A stretch of DNA of 64,000 bases from Candidatus Culexmicrobium cathedralense (GCA_025061115.1 JANZKC010000002.1:160001-224000); one strand, 5' to 3'; numbered from the stretch's first letter, positions 30,204 to 40,197 are shown. A program made the numbers and translations. Notes: generated from the sequence alone by a model not told the origin.

Positions 30204-30854
30204 TTGAAGTCCAACAAGATCGAAATTCCAGGATTCAGCGAAATATATGGTTCAATTCCAGCTGGAAGCGTAATTCTACTTCTTGGAGAGCCAGGGTCCG
30301 GAAACGACATATTCGCAATCCAAGCACTCTACAATTACGCTTTAAAAAATGGGAACGTAGCATACCTAAGTGCAGATAACCACCCAAACGACGTAATCGA
30401 CGAAATGCACGCATATGGATGGAAATTCGAAAAGGTTAAGGCTACGTGGAAGTTCATAGATGCATACTCATCATCAAACATAAAAGAGAAAATAGGAAAA
30501 CTAATATCCTACGCCAAGGAAGGCTATTGGACAGCAATAGACACCATTACCAAGCTATGGGAAACACTAAACATAACCGAAATAGTGAAGATAATCAGGG
30601 AACTAAGAGGAGCAGCTAGGAAAGGCAATGGCATCCACTTTCTGATAGCCATGAAAGGAGAAGTCGACATCAAGGACGAACGAACCATTAAGCGAGTAGC
30701 AGACGGGCTAATAGAATTAACACCCTTAACAGAAGAAAACATAGGCATAATTAGAATACTAAAAATGCGAAGAAAAGCAGGCACGTGGATAACAATACCA
30801 TACCGCATAACTAAAAGAGGAATCGAAATTGAAACTGCAATGCGCATCGTTTAG
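30204..30854 (+). CDS. Single-domain KaiC/RAD55-like protein with degenerate Walker A
   Basis: GEPGSGND, FIDAYS, ADGLIEL, ILKMR and YRITKRGIEI. Confidence 0.8.
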   Translation: MKSNKIEIPGFSEIYGSIPAGSVILLLGEPGSGNDIFAIQALYNYALKNGNVAYLSADNHPNDVIDEMHAYGWKFEKVKATWKFIDAYSSSNIKEKIGKLISYAKEGYWTAIDTITKLWETLNITEIVKIIRELRGAARKGNGIHFLIAMKGEVDIKDERTIKRVADGLIELTPLTEENIGIIRILKMRRKAGTWITIPYRITKRGIEIETAMRIV

Positions 30855-30952
30855 AACTAAGGTGAAAAACTAAAAACATTAAACTAAAAAATAAGAAACG
30901 ATATATAATGATAAGATAAGTAAAACAATGAGAAAGCAGGTTGTGAACAGCC

Positions 30953-31375
30953 ATGATTCGAAACAGTAAAAGAAAGGGAATCTCACCAGTCATAGCAGTA
31001 CTACTACTTATAGTCATAGCAGTAGCTGCATCAGTCATCACCTACTCATGGATAACATGGTTCCTAACAGTGCAACAGCAACAGGCAGCAAGCATGATAA
31101 GAATCGAAGAAGTCGACCTAAGCGAATTACACTCAAACGAGCCAAAAATTAAGATATATGTAAGGAACATTGGAACAGTGAAAGTAACCATAGATGCCGT
31201 ATACATAAATGCTACAATACACCTGTTGACCAGCGAAGTTACAATAAATCCAGGAGAACTTGAGGAAATAACTGTGCCAATATCTGGATCGAATCTTAAA
31301 AGCGGCCATGCAATAACAATCAAAGTGGCTACAAAGGCAGGGACATTTGCCACTTATAAAGTAATCGTGCCATGA
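30953..31375 (+). CDS. Archaeal type IV pilin
   Basis: Class III signal RKG|ISPVIAVLLLIVIAVAA; YVRNIG...IDAVYIN. Confidence 0.9.
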   Translation: MIRNSKRKGISPVIAVLLLIVIAVAASVITYSWITWFLTVQQQQAASMIRIEEVDLSELHSNEPKIKIYVRNIGTVKVTIDAVYINATIHLLTSEVTINPGELEEITVPISGSNLKSGHAITIKVATKAGTFATYKVIVP

Positions 31376-31431
31376 AATTTCAGGATAAATGCGATTTAAC
31401 ACCTTGACCACTGAATTGACCTGCAGGAAGA

Positions 31432-32253
31432 GTGAATAAAATGAATATCGAAATGATAGACCAGCTGAGAGTAGTAATTGCCATTATATCTCTCATCTAC
31501 GCTTCTTGGAAGGATTGGAAAACAAGAGAAATTCCGGACTTCATCTGGGTTATAATGTCGATAGCCGGGGCAGCTTTTTTAGCTGTTGAAATTGCATTAA
31601 CCATCGCAATAATTGAGAAATTAAAAATGCTTCTCTTAATGGTGGCATTTTCCATAATCTTCGCATTTGCCATCGGACTACTATTATTTTACTTAGACTT
31701 TTTCGGCGGAGCTGACTCCAAAGCCCTCATGGCGCTAAGCATCCTAATGCCACTATCGCCCAAACTAGAGTTGAATATGGTTGGAAACCACCCATTCATA
31801 CCGGTAGCAGTATTCAACAACTCAGTTATCATGGCATCCCTAATGTCCATAGTAATGGTAATTAGAAATTTAATCGAAAAAGCAAGTGGAGAAGAATTGT
31901 TCAAAGGGCTAGAAAGCGAAAACTCATGGAAAAAAATCTTGGCAATGATAACTGGATACAAAATTCCAGCAACCAAGCTAAAAGAGAAGCAGTTCACCTA
32001 TCCAATTGAAGAAATCGAGAAGATCAACGGGAAAGTAATTAGAAAACTTAAAATTAGAGTTGGAGCTTCAGCCGGAGAGGAAAACTTGATGAGAATTTTA
32101 GAAATGGTGGAAAAAGGCGAAATTAAGGATAAAATATGGGTTACCCCGGCCTTACCAATGATGATATTCATAACAGTAGGGTTAATAATTGCGTTAATAA
32201 TAGGCGACATCGCGTTCGTTATCGCATTAGCTCTACGTCAAGCGATCCATTAG
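31432..32253 (+). CDS. pibD: Prepilin peptidase (FlaK/PibD, A24)
   Basis: ASWKDWKTREIPD, FGGADSKAL and IWVTPALP. Confidence 0.9.
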   Translation: MNKMNIEMIDQLRVVIAIISLIYASWKDWKTREIPDFIWVIMSIAGAAFLAVEIALTIAIIEKLKMLLLMVAFSIIFAFAIGLLLFYLDFFGGADSKALMALSILMPLSPKLELNMVGNHPFIPVAVFNNSVIMASLMSIVMVIRNLIEKASGEELFKGLESENSWKKILAMITGYKIPATKLKEKQFTYPIEEIEKINGKVIRKLKIRVGASAGEENLMRILEMVEKGEIKDKIWVTPALPMMIFITVGLIIALIIGDIAFVIALALRQAIH

Positions 32254-32304
32254 TTAGAGTTAATAGCGCATATAAGCACATAAAATAGTGAGGATGAAAG
32301 AGTA

Positions 32305-32736
32305 ATGGCTAGAAAAAATCACGGAGTAACACCAATACTCTCAGATTTACTGCTAGCAGCAATAGTAGTAGCAGCTTTCGCAATAGTATACACGGCAGCA
32401 AGCGACATCACAACGCAAATGTTCAACTACTTCTTAGGAGCATTCGACAGGATTCAAGAAGACCTGATAATTGAGGAGGCATACGTAAAGGCAGGGAATT
32501 CTACAGCTACGTTATACGTTAGAAACATTGGAGGAGTAACCTCGAAGATAGTAGCAGTATACTGCAACGACACACTTATTCAAGTTCTTAGCGGTTCGAA
32601 AACATTGAAGGAGGGAGAGCTGTCAATTCTAGTTGTAAAACTACCTAACTCCCCATCTCCATATGCAATTCAACAAATAACAATAGCTACTCTGCTAGGA
32701 AACAAGTTGAAATTTAGATTAATTGCAACTCCATGA
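32305..32736 (+). CDS. Type IV pilin
   Basis: RKNHG|VTPILSDLLL; YVRNIG. Confidence 0.8.
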   Translation: MARKNHGVTPILSDLLLAAIVVAAFAIVYTAASDITTQMFNYFLGAFDRIQEDLIIEEAYVKAGNSTATLYVRNIGGVTSKIVAVYCNDTLIQVLSGSKTLKEGELSILVVKLPNSPSPYAIQQITIATLLGNKLKFRLIATP

Positions 32737-32745
32737 GGTGGAAAA

Positions 32746-33150
32746 ATGATTAGAAATAAGGGATCATCAACAGTGATGGGAGCACTTCTATTCGTAATTG
32801 TAGCTACTTCAATAGCATTATTCACATTCTCTATAACACTAGAATACCAAAAAAGATGGAAGGATTACTTGAAACGCCAAGAATTAAAGCTCAGCGAAAA
32901 AATCGAAATAACAAACGTTGAAAATGTAGGTTTAGACACTCACATTACAGTAAGAAACTTGGGAGGAGAAGCTGCAAAAATAGTAGCCATATACATCAAT
33001 CACAAGTTGGTAAAAACGCTCCAAGACTTCTACATACCAGCAGGAGGCGATAGAGTAATAATTCTAAGAAATTTCAACATCAAGCAAAACGACTACATTA
33101 AAATTACAACAGACAGAGGAAACTTCGCAACATACCATGTACCTAGTTAA
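32746..33150 (+). CDS. Type IV pilin
   Basis: NKG|SSTVMGALL; VRNLG...IVAIYIN...TDRGN. Confidence 0.8.
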   Translation: MIRNKGSSTVMGALLFVIVATSIALFTFSITLEYQKRWKDYLKRQELKLSEKIEITNVENVGLDTHITVRNLGGEAAKIVAIYINHKLVKTLQDFYIPAGGDRVIILRNFNIKQNDYIKITTDRGNFATYHVPS

Positions 33151-33238
33151 CTTGTGAAGAGCAGCCTCAACAATTCAACAGTAGAGCCAGATATAAATGA
33201 GCAAAATAAAGTAATGAAAGTGATATTAACTTATATTA

Positions 33239-34759
33239 ATGGAGAGAGGAGGATTGAGCAAAGAGCATACTCATGCCTATGTAAAAATTTACGCAGTAAA
33301 TCCCCCTCACGCTTATGTAGGAATATTTATCGATCCTCTCACCAATCAATATAGATATGACGTTATTGAGCCCAGGTTATTTCCAAATGAAAGAAAGCTG
33401 TTAAACCAATTGAAAGAACTTTTACTTGATGAATTAGATATTAGGTTAGAGGACGTCGAAAAAGAAGGTGAAGCTGAAACATATTTGAAAAATAAAATTG
33501 CAGAAGTAGTAAACAAATACAAAATAAAAATTTCAGAAGAAACGCTAGGCAAAATAATGTACTACATTGTCAGGAACTTCATCGGATACGGAAAAATCGA
33601 CGTCATGATGAGAGACCCACTAATTGAAGACATAAGCTGCGATGGACCCAAACTTCCAGTATTCGTTTGGCATAGAGAGTATGAATCAATACCAACAAAC
33701 GTCATATTCGAAACGCCTGAAGAGTTAGACTCCTTTGTCGTAAGGCTAGCCTATAGAGCTGGCAAGCACGTCTCAGTAGCGCAGCCAATCATAGACGGAG
33801 CACTGCCAGATGGAAGTAGAGTTCAAATCACTTATGGAAGAGAAGTCTCGCTTAAAGGCTCATCATTCACAATTAGGAAGTTCAGAGTAGACCCCCTAAC
33901 CATAGTCGATTTAATAAGGCTCAATACATTAACAGCCGAAATGGCAGCCTACTTTTGGTTTGCAATCGAAAATAGAGCTTCAATACTAATAGCAGGAGGA
34001 GTAGCTGCAGGCAAAACAACCCTGCTAAATGCATTGGCAATCTTCATTCCACCAGAATTCAAAATTGTTAGCATTGAAGAAACGCCTGAAATAAACTTAC
34101 CCCACAAAAATTGGCTTCAAATGGTTACAAGGCCGGGCTTCGGAACAGTAGAAACCAGCGTCACACTCTTCGACCTACTTAAAGCTGCGGTTAGGCAGAG
34201 GCCAGATTACATAATAGTAGGCGAAATAAGAGGCGAGGAAGCATACACGTTGTTCCAAGCAATAGCAACTGGACACTTATGCCTATCAACAATCCATGCA
34301 GATTCAGTGGCATCAGTAATTCGAAGACTGGAGTCAGAGCCAATGAACATTCCGAGAACCCTCATTCCGGCAATGGACATAATAGCCGTCATGGGCAAGC
34401 TCAGAATAGCAAACCTACCAGCAAGAAGAGTTCTAACAGTATCAGAAATCGTAGGCTTAGACAGAAATAGGGAGGTGCTGACCAATGAGACGTACAAGTG
34501 GAACCCCAAAGCAGATACATTCCAATACATGGGGAGAAGCTACCTCGTAGAGAAAATAATGAGAAGGAAAGCGTACGCCTATGAAGAAGTTCAAGAAGAG
34601 CTTAGGCGAAGAAAAGTAATTCTGGAGTGGATGGTGAAAATGAACATTCGAAAATACACTGAAGTCGCAAATATAGTGAGAGACTACTATGCAGATCCAG
34701 AAAGACTCTACAGAAGAGCGGTAATATCAATGAGGAGAGGAATCTCACTTGAAACTTAA
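33239..34759 (+). CDS. Type IV pilus assembly ATPase (FlaI/TadA family)
   Basis: IEDISCDG, GGVAAGKTT, SIEET.E, RQRPDYIIVGEIRG and TGH. Confidence 0.93.
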   Translation: MERGGLSKEHTHAYVKIYAVNPPHAYVGIFIDPLTNQYRYDVIEPRLFPNERKLLNQLKELLLDELDIRLEDVEKEGEAETYLKNKIAEVVNKYKIKISEETLGKIMYYIVRNFIGYGKIDVMMRDPLIEDISCDGPKLPVFVWHREYESIPTNVIFETPEELDSFVVRLAYRAGKHVSVAQPIIDGALPDGSRVQITYGREVSLKGSSFTIRKFRVDPLTIVDLIRLNTLTAEMAAYFWFAIENRASILIAGGVAAGKTTLLNALAIFIPPEFKIVSIEETPEINLPHKNWLQMVTRPGFGTVETSVTLFDLLKAAVRQRPDYIIVGEIRGEEAYTLFQAIATGHLCLSTIHADSVASVIRRLESEPMNIPRTLIPAMDIIAVMGKLRIANLPARRVLTVSEIVGLDRNREVLTNETYKWNPKADTFQYMGRSYLVEKIMRRKAYAYEEVQEELRRRKVILEWMVKMNIRKYTEVANIVRDYYADPERLYRRAVISMRRGISLET

Positions 34760-35627
34760 CCGGATATACGTTATTGCATTTAAGTTGTTGGGAGATAGAA
34801 TCGATCCAGCACTTTCCCACTTCGAAGACTTAAGAAAAATGCTTAAAAGCGCAAATATCAAGGTGAGCTTCAAAGCCTACGTCTGCACAATGATAATTTC
34901 ATCAACAATCGCCTATGCAATAGCGCAGCCAGTTACCCTAGCACTAACATACATGTTAATAAAGGACGTAAACCTATCCATTTTAATCAGCCTTGGACTT
35001 TCACTAATGATTGGATTTACAGTCTTCTGGGCGTTCTACCTATACCCATACTACCAAGCTGGAAATAGAAGAAGAGCCATTGACAGCGCAATGCCATACG
35101 CTGTAAGTTACATGGCAGTACTTTCAATGGTAGGAATGCCCCTGCCCGAAATATTCAAGTCGCTGGCTAAGGTCCAAGCACCTAAGGAAGTCTCAGATGA
35201 AGCAAGAGACATAGTCAGAGACATAGAATTATTTGGATACGACATACTAACTGCAATTGAAAAAGCTGCTCAAAAAACGCCTTCAACGTACCTTGCAGAA
35301 GTCCTCAGAGGAATAGCTGCAATAACAAGGATAGGCGGAAACTTGAGGAGATATCTACTCGACGAAGCGAAGAGGTTCATTAACATTAGAAGGACAATTA
35401 TTAGGAAAATCAACTCCACACTCCTATCCATAGCCGAAATATACATCGTTGTCTCGATGGTCATGCCAATGCTCTTCATCGTACTATCAGCCATAATGGC
35501 GCTCCTAGGAGGCCAAGTGTTTAACTTAGGAGCAAACATAGTGGCCCTCATAATAACCTACGTGTTTATCCCATCCATCTTCCTCTCATTCCTAGTAATA
35601 GTAGATGCGTTCACGCCGGAGGATTAA
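34749..35627 (+). CDS. T4P membrane platform protein (TadC/FlaJ-like)
   Basis: T2SSF-type helices; G.DILTAI...TPS. Confidence 0.88.
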   Translation: MKLNRIYVIAFKLLGDRIDPALSHFEDLRKMLKSANIKVSFKAYVCTMIISSTIAYAIAQPVTLALTYMLIKDVNLSILISLGLSLMIGFTVFWAFYLYPYYQAGNRRRAIDSAMPYAVSYMAVLSMVGMPLPEIFKSLAKVQAPKEVSDEARDIVRDIELFGYDILTAIEKAAQKTPSTYLAEVLRGIAAITRIGGNLRRYLLDEAKRFINIRRTIIRKINSTLLSIAEIYIVVSMVMPMLFIVLSAIMALLGGQVFNLGANIVALIITYVFIPSIFLSFLVIVDAFTPED

Positions 35628-35629
35628 AG

Positions 35630-36469
35630 GTGAGAAAAATAACGAAGAGGGAGAAAATACTCGTTTCAGCAACATCGGCAACCATAGGAATGGCAGTAAT
35701 AGTAATTGCAGTCATGATGTTGGGAAGCAATGTCGTAGCAAGGGACAACATGATATTTGGCGGACTAACAATAGCATTCTCACTTCCAGCGGCAATAGAC
35801 TACATCGAGTATAGATGGAAAAAATCCGTTGAAGAAAAGTTTCCAGACTTCCTAAGGGAAATGGCTGAAAGGCTGAGAAGCGGAATGTCATTTTATAAGG
35901 CTCTTGAAGCAGCAGCAAAGAGAGATTACGGTCCATTAACTGAAGAACTTAAAATCTTGATCTATCAAATATCATGGGGAGCAAAGCCTGAAGAAGCATT
36001 CCAAGCATTCGCAAAAAGAATTGGAACTCCACTAGCGCGTAGAGTAAGCATACTTCTACTAGAAGTAGGAAAAATGGGCGCTAAAACAGCAATGGTACTC
36101 GAAACAATCGGCGACTTCCTAAGATCAATACAACTCATAGAGAAGGAGAAAACCGCGGAGCTGCGCATACACATGCTCACCATATACACAGCCTTCCTCA
36201 CATTCATGATAATCTCAGCAATACTTGTAACGAAGTTCTTTTACCCCCTATACTTCAGCATCGCCGAATATGCAGGGGCACTCAAACCACTAATGACTCC
36301 AATCGAGGCTAGGCAACTCCTACTACACATGCTCTCAATAGAAGCAATCACCAGCGGCTTAATGGCTGGAAAAATATCTGAAAAAAGGATTTCGGCAGGA
36401 TTAAAGCATGCGATTATACTTCTAGCCATAAGCCTAATAATATACAACTACCTAGTTAAGCCGATTTAG
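35630..36469 (+). CDS. Second T4P platform protein (TadB/C-like)
   Basis: FPDFLR...SGM...DYGPLT and SGLMAGKI...GLKH. Confidence 0.88.
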   Translation: MRKITKREKILVSATSATIGMAVIVIAVMMLGSNVVARDNMIFGGLTIAFSLPAAIDYIEYRWKKSVEEKFPDFLREMAERLRSGMSFYKALEAAAKRDYGPLTEELKILIYQISWGAKPEEAFQAFAKRIGTPLARRVSILLLEVGKMGAKTAMVLETIGDFLRSIQLIEKEKTAELRIHMLTIYTAFLTFMIISAILVTKFFYPLYFSIAEYAGALKPLMTPIEARQLLLHMLSIEAITSGLMAGKISEKRISAGLKHAIILLAISLIIYNYLVKPI

Positions 36470-37466
36470 ACTTCAATTCTTCAAGCACAGCTTTAAGCTT
36501 AGACTTCAACTTCTCCTCAGCCTCATCAATGTTGGGAGCTTCAATCAAAGTTATCCCATAAAATTCAACCAGCCGCTTAGCTTCACTAGACACCTTAGGA
36601 ACTCCAATTATAATAGACTTAAAAGGTTTGGTATCATACGCTTTAGTGAATACCGCTGCAACATGCCTTTCATCAACCTCATCAGCCAGAACCAGGTCTA
36701 TAGCGATAAACTTCTCCTCAGAATCCACAACTTTAATCGCAACCAAGTCGAATGAGTGAAGAATACCAGTAGCACCTTGAAGCGACATCTTTATGTGAGC
36801 CTCAAAGCCCATCTCCTCAGCCACAAGCTTTAATCTAATTAAATCTCCAACCTTTCTTTTAAGCTCCTTCTTAACCTTATCGCTTATCGAATAAACGAAA
36901 ACATCCCGGTAAACGGCATCTTTAAACGTAAAATGAGAACCGCACTTAACACATTCGTGCTCAACAACAGGATTATCAAAAGACCTGCCACAAGATCTAC
37001 ACTCGCACCAAACACCTACTACGCGGTAGTCTTGACTTGCATCTTCAAGCTTAACATTGCATCCAGGGCATACAAGCTCGCCATTTCTCCTAAAACTCTC
37101 TTCATTATCAATGGTACCGCACTTGAAATGCTCTATGATCCTGTGCTTAACAATCGACCTACTACCACAGTAGGGACATAAATATCTGGTTCGAACGCAA
37201 CCAGAGTTGCAAGAGGGACAAAGCAAAATTTTATCATAAAACTCCTTAACCAGCAGCTCCATTGACGCAATATCATCAAGTAATTCAACGGCAGTTTCAG
37301 AGTCAACCCCAAAAAATTCCTCGACCTCCCTAAATCTAATGTTAAACTCATTATCAAGCGATGGAACGATCCTTCCAGACCCCTTCTTACTTAACATTTC
37401 AGCCAGAAAATCGTAAGCTTTCCTTAATAGAGCGTCTTTAGGTTTGTCCATTGAAGCCACTTGCAA
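36456..37466 (-). CDS. wHTH + multi-Zn-ribbon (TackOD1-like) + Mrr-like REase-fold protein
   Basis: CPSC, CPYC, EHFKCG, CPGC, CRSC and CVKC; C-terminal GATGILHSFD...A.....YGITLIE. Confidence 0.68.
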   Translation of the reverse strand: MQVASMDKPKDALLRKAYDFLAEMLSKKGSGRIVPSLDNEFNIRFREVEEFFGVDSETAVELLDDIASMELLVKEFYDKILLCPSCNSGCVRTRYLCPYCGSRSIVKHRIIEHFKCGTIDNEESFRRNGELVCPGCNVKLEDASQDYRVVGVWCECRSCGRSFDNPVVEHECVKCGSHFTFKDAVYRDVFVYSISDKVKKELKRKVGDLIRLKLVAEEMGFEAHIKMSLQGATGILHSFDLVAIKVVDSEEKFIAIDLVLADEVDERHVAAVFTKAYDTKPFKSIIIGVPKVSSEAKRLVEFYGITLIEAPNIDEAEEKLKSKLKAVLEELKSKSA

Positions 37467-37540
37467 GCAACCCCAAATGACGTTGTACTCTAAAGATATA
37501 AAAGCTTTATAAAATTATAAGCTTCACAAAGCTTAAAAAT

Positions 37541-38044
37541 TTAGCTGAAAAGCTTACTTAACCACAAAACTTTGAATGGTAAGCCAAGCCCCTTATAGGC
37601 TAATGAAACAAGCCTTAAAACCTCGGCCAACTCCATGTCAGCATAATAGTGCAGATGCCCCAAACAGCAACAATCAGACGAGCCGAATCTCCTATAAGTC
37701 ATAACTCCTTCAACATTGGATAATATTCTGGAGACCTCACATTCAAATCGCCGATCACTGGAAGCTGCAATAACAGCTACAACCTCAAACTCATGTCGCG
37801 TCAGCAGGTAATCGATGTGCCACCTCAACCTCTTAATCTTCGAAACGTGCCTTTTAACTCGACTATACAAGCTCATCTTGGACGGGCCAAGCGCAGATCC
37901 AGTGTACGAGTAAATACCTCTGCGAAAAGCCACTCGCCCAAGACTGCCAACAATTACCTCAACATCGGTATTAAGAGTAAATATTAACGTGTAAGTTCCC
38001 CTACCCAGCTCCTTCAATCGATCAACATTCAATTCAACCGCCAA
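37541..38044 (-). CDS. GIY-YIG/Uri-superfamily nuclease (DUF123)
   Basis: GTY.L, Y.YTGSA, RWHIDYL and FGSSDCCC.GHL. Confidence 0.85.
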   Translation of the reverse strand: MAVELNVDRLKELGRGTYTLIFTLNTDVEVIVGSLGRVAFRRGIYSYTGSALGPSKMSLYSRVKRHVSKIKRLRWHIDYLLTRHEFEVVAVIAASSDRRFECEVSRILSNVEGVMTYRRFGSSDCCCLGHLHYYADMELAEVLRLVSLAYKGLGLPFKVLWLSKLFS

Positions 38045-38084
38045 TTGCAGTAAAAATAAAAGAGTATAAAAAGACTAGGAGTAT

Positions 38085-38153
38085 TGGCTGTGAAGAAGAA
38101 CTCGGGAACCGAGCTGAACGTGAAAAGCTGTGAAGAAAATAGTTGCTGAGCCA
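38085..38153 (+). ncRNA. Box C/D sRNA
   Basis: TGGC/GCCA stem, C GTGAAGA 38090, D' CCGA 38109, C' GTGAAGA 38130, D CTGA 38146. Confidence 0.6.
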
Positions 38154-38223
38154 GCAGCGCAGCTATGAGCAAGGGTCAAAGCTCTGAATAATGACGAAGC
38201 CGCTACTAGGTGAGCTGCGCTGC
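38154..38223 (+). ncRNA. Box C/D sRNA
   Basis: Perfect 10-bp terminal stem GCAGCGCAGC/GCTGCGCTGC, C ATGAGCA, D' CTGA, C' ATGACGA, D GTGA, two 12-nt guides. Confidence 0.7.
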
Positions 38224-38447
38224 TATCTAACTTTCTCCTTCGGCGAGCTCCAAAGAAGCCTTGTGGGAGCGCTTTTAATTATCTCATAAACTTGGCTCCA
38301 CGTCAAACCATACTTCCTCGCCAGCTCATCCATTGAAATCGTGTAGTGAGCCCACTCATACACTATCATGTGCTTGACCTCATCGGAAATGCCCTCAACA
38401 TCAACTTTTTCAGGAGCTCTTCTCCGCCTACTGCTCAATTGCATCAC
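38223..38447 (-). CDS. Small HTH protein
   Basis: SMDELARKYGLTWSQVYEII. Confidence 0.6.
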   Translation of the reverse strand: MMQLSSRRRRAPEKVDVEGISDEVKHMIVYEWAHYTISMDELARKYGLTWSQVYEIIKSAPTRLLWSSPKEKVR

Positions 38448-38502
38448 CGATGGAGACGCTGAATAAGAGATAAATATGTATTTCGCTAAAAATTTTCAAG
38501 CC

Positions 38503-38613
38503 ATGAAGTGCCCTAAGTGCGGAGCTAAACTAACCAAAAGCTGCAGAAAAAGAGGAAAAACAAAGCTTATAAGATATCTTCCATGCTCTAACTGCGGATT
38601 TTCATTCAAGTAG
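38503..38613 (+). CDS. 36-aa CPxCG zinc-finger microprotein
   Basis: Below ORF-track cutoff: MKCPKCGAKLTKSCRKRGKTKLIRYLPCSNCGFSFK*. Confidence 0.5.
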   Translation: MKCPKCGAKLTKSCRKRGKTKLIRYLPCSNCGFSFK

Positions 38614-38621
38614 CTAAGCTC

Positions 38622-38903
38622 CTACCTTCCAATCACTTCACCAGTAGCAAAGCTAGGTTTAACTGACGTTATCTTAATCGTCACCTTTTCACCAGGCTTA
38701 ACGTCTGGAACGAAAATTACATAGCCTTGAACTCTAGCAACACCTTCGCCGCGCCTACTTAGCCCCTCAATTTCAACAGCAATTTCATCGCCAACAGACA
38801 CAGGCTTTGGAAGAAGATATGCTGGCTTTATCCTTCGTCTACCACCTTTACGCGGCCTCTTCTGAGCCACAACATCATCCCCAAAGCATATTGTGGCGAA
38901 CAT
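38622..38903 (-). CDS. Single TRAM-domain RNA-binding protein
   Basis: PVSVGD...IEGLSRRGEGVARVQGYVIFVP. Confidence 0.9.
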   Translation of the reverse strand: MFATICFGDDVVAQKRPRKGGRRRIKPAYLLPKPVSVGDEIAVEIEGLSRRGEGVARVQGYVIFVPDVKPGEKVTIKITSVKPSFATGEVIGR

Positions 38904-39024
38904 GCACTAAGCCATATTTAAGAATTTCGAAACACACAGAAATGATAAAATATGAACGAGACACAACTCTTAAATAATACCAAATAAGGGTAGATAAACG
39001 CGTATTAATTGGAGGTTAAACGTT

Positions 39025-39333
39025 ATGGCTAAGCCAATAACAATAATAATGGTTACAGCTGATTGGGAGAAAGCAAGCGATTACATTAGAAAAGCATGCA
39101 AAAAGGCCGCTGAAGACCTAAAGATAAACCTCGAGGAGAAAAAGGAGGACTATGAGTTCCTCGATAAGTACGGCGTTAAAAACGAGTTTGGAGGGCTGGA
39201 CATACCACAAGTATTCATAAAGTACGATGATGGAGAAATCAAGTACGTGATGTCTAGAGTGCCACTAACGGCTCAAGGAACACCAGATGTGGAAGCCGCA
39301 GTAGAGATCATCAAAAAGGCAGTTGGAGGTTAA
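39025..39333 (+). CDS. Conserved crenarchaeal-type hypothetical protein (possible thioredoxin-like fold)
   Basis: EDYEFL.KYG..EFGG.DIPQVF; GGAGG RBS. Confidence 0.6.
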   Translation: MAKPITIIMVTADWEKASDYIRKACKKAAEDLKINLEEKKEDYEFLDKYGVKNEFGGLDIPQVFIKYDDGEIKYVMSRVPLTAQGTPDVEAAVEIIKKAVGG

Positions 39334-39338
39334 ACTCG

Positions 39339-39770
39339 TTGGCCGAGGAAAGCGTACTAATAATAACATCAGAAAAAGGTAAAGCTTCTGTTGAAGAGGA
39401 GGTTAAAGGTAAGCTACATGAAGTAGTTAGGAAAGCAGCTCGAAAAGCTCTTGAGCTTTGGGATTTAACAAAATCAGACTTCATAATAATTAGGGATAAA
39501 TATCCAGTAGAATTAAAGCTACCGATAACTAAAGAGGAATATGAAATCTACTCCAAATACAATTTGAGAAGAGCTGGACCTAGAGTAGCTACATTCGACC
39601 TTCCAGTATACATCATATCATACGACAACGAATGGATACACGAAAACTACAAGGATTACAGAGTTCTAGTTGTAGTTCCGAAAGTTGATGAAAAGATTAC
39701 GGAAGAATTAATCAATTGGGCTGCAGAAATAACGCTCGAAGAAGCCGAATTCGAAGAAGAGAATTACTAG
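39339..39770 (+). CDS. Conserved archaeal protein (DUF2286-like)
   Basis: W...SDFIII...P.Y.ISYDNEW. Confidence 0.55.
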   Translation: MAEESVLIITSEKGKASVEEEVKGKLHEVVRKAARKALELWDLTKSDFIIIRDKYPVELKLPITKEEYEIYSKYNLRRAGPRVATFDLPVYIISYDNEWIHENYKDYRVLVVVPKVDEKITEELINWAAEITLEEAEFEEENY

Positions 39771-40141
39771 CCAAAAATCCACCAACGCCTTTTCTTCTTG
39801 CCCTCCTTAGCTTTAGCCCTCTTCTTAGCTTCCTTGATGGCCCTCTCCTTTTCCTTTTGAATTTCAACAAGCTCTTCAATCCTTTTAATTAGCGCCTCGA
39901 CGGCGTCCCTATCGTGAAACAGAGCTACAAGGTCATCGACGACCGGATGTTGAATATAAGCTTTGACGAAAGGCAGTACGTAGACTATTGAAAGCTCAGC
40001 TCCAACCCAAGTTAATGGTTTAATTGTCTCCAGGAACATGATGGCAGGAGTTTCGAGGCCCCTCTTGACAATTTCATTGGCAATTTTTTCTATAAGCTCC
40101 TTCTTCCTTTCTGGAGTAATCTCAAGCGTTGGAGGGAACAT
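39767..40141 (-). CDS. Conserved hypothetical protein
   Basis: IVKRGLETPAIMFLE.KPL and a basic tail. Confidence 0.6.
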   Translation of the reverse strand: MFPPTLEITPERKKELIEKIANEIVKRGLETPAIMFLETIKPLTWVGAELSIVYVLPFVKAYIQHPVVDDLVALFHDRDAVEALIKRIEELVEIQKEKERAIKEAKKRAKAKEGKKKRRWWIFG

Positions 40142-40197
40142 TCATGCTCACCGCTTCAATTAAAGTAATGGTAGTAGGTGCATTTATTTCTTGTTAT

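Noticed and set aside
33154-33354. 66-aa ORF before the pilus ATPase, and the many other short shadow ORFs in the track
   Set aside because: They overlap or lie antisense to well-supported genes and carry no recognisable motifs.
30953-36469. Archaellum operon
   Set aside because: No archaellin or FlaF/G-like genes; short pilins and two separate platform genes indicate a type IV pilus.
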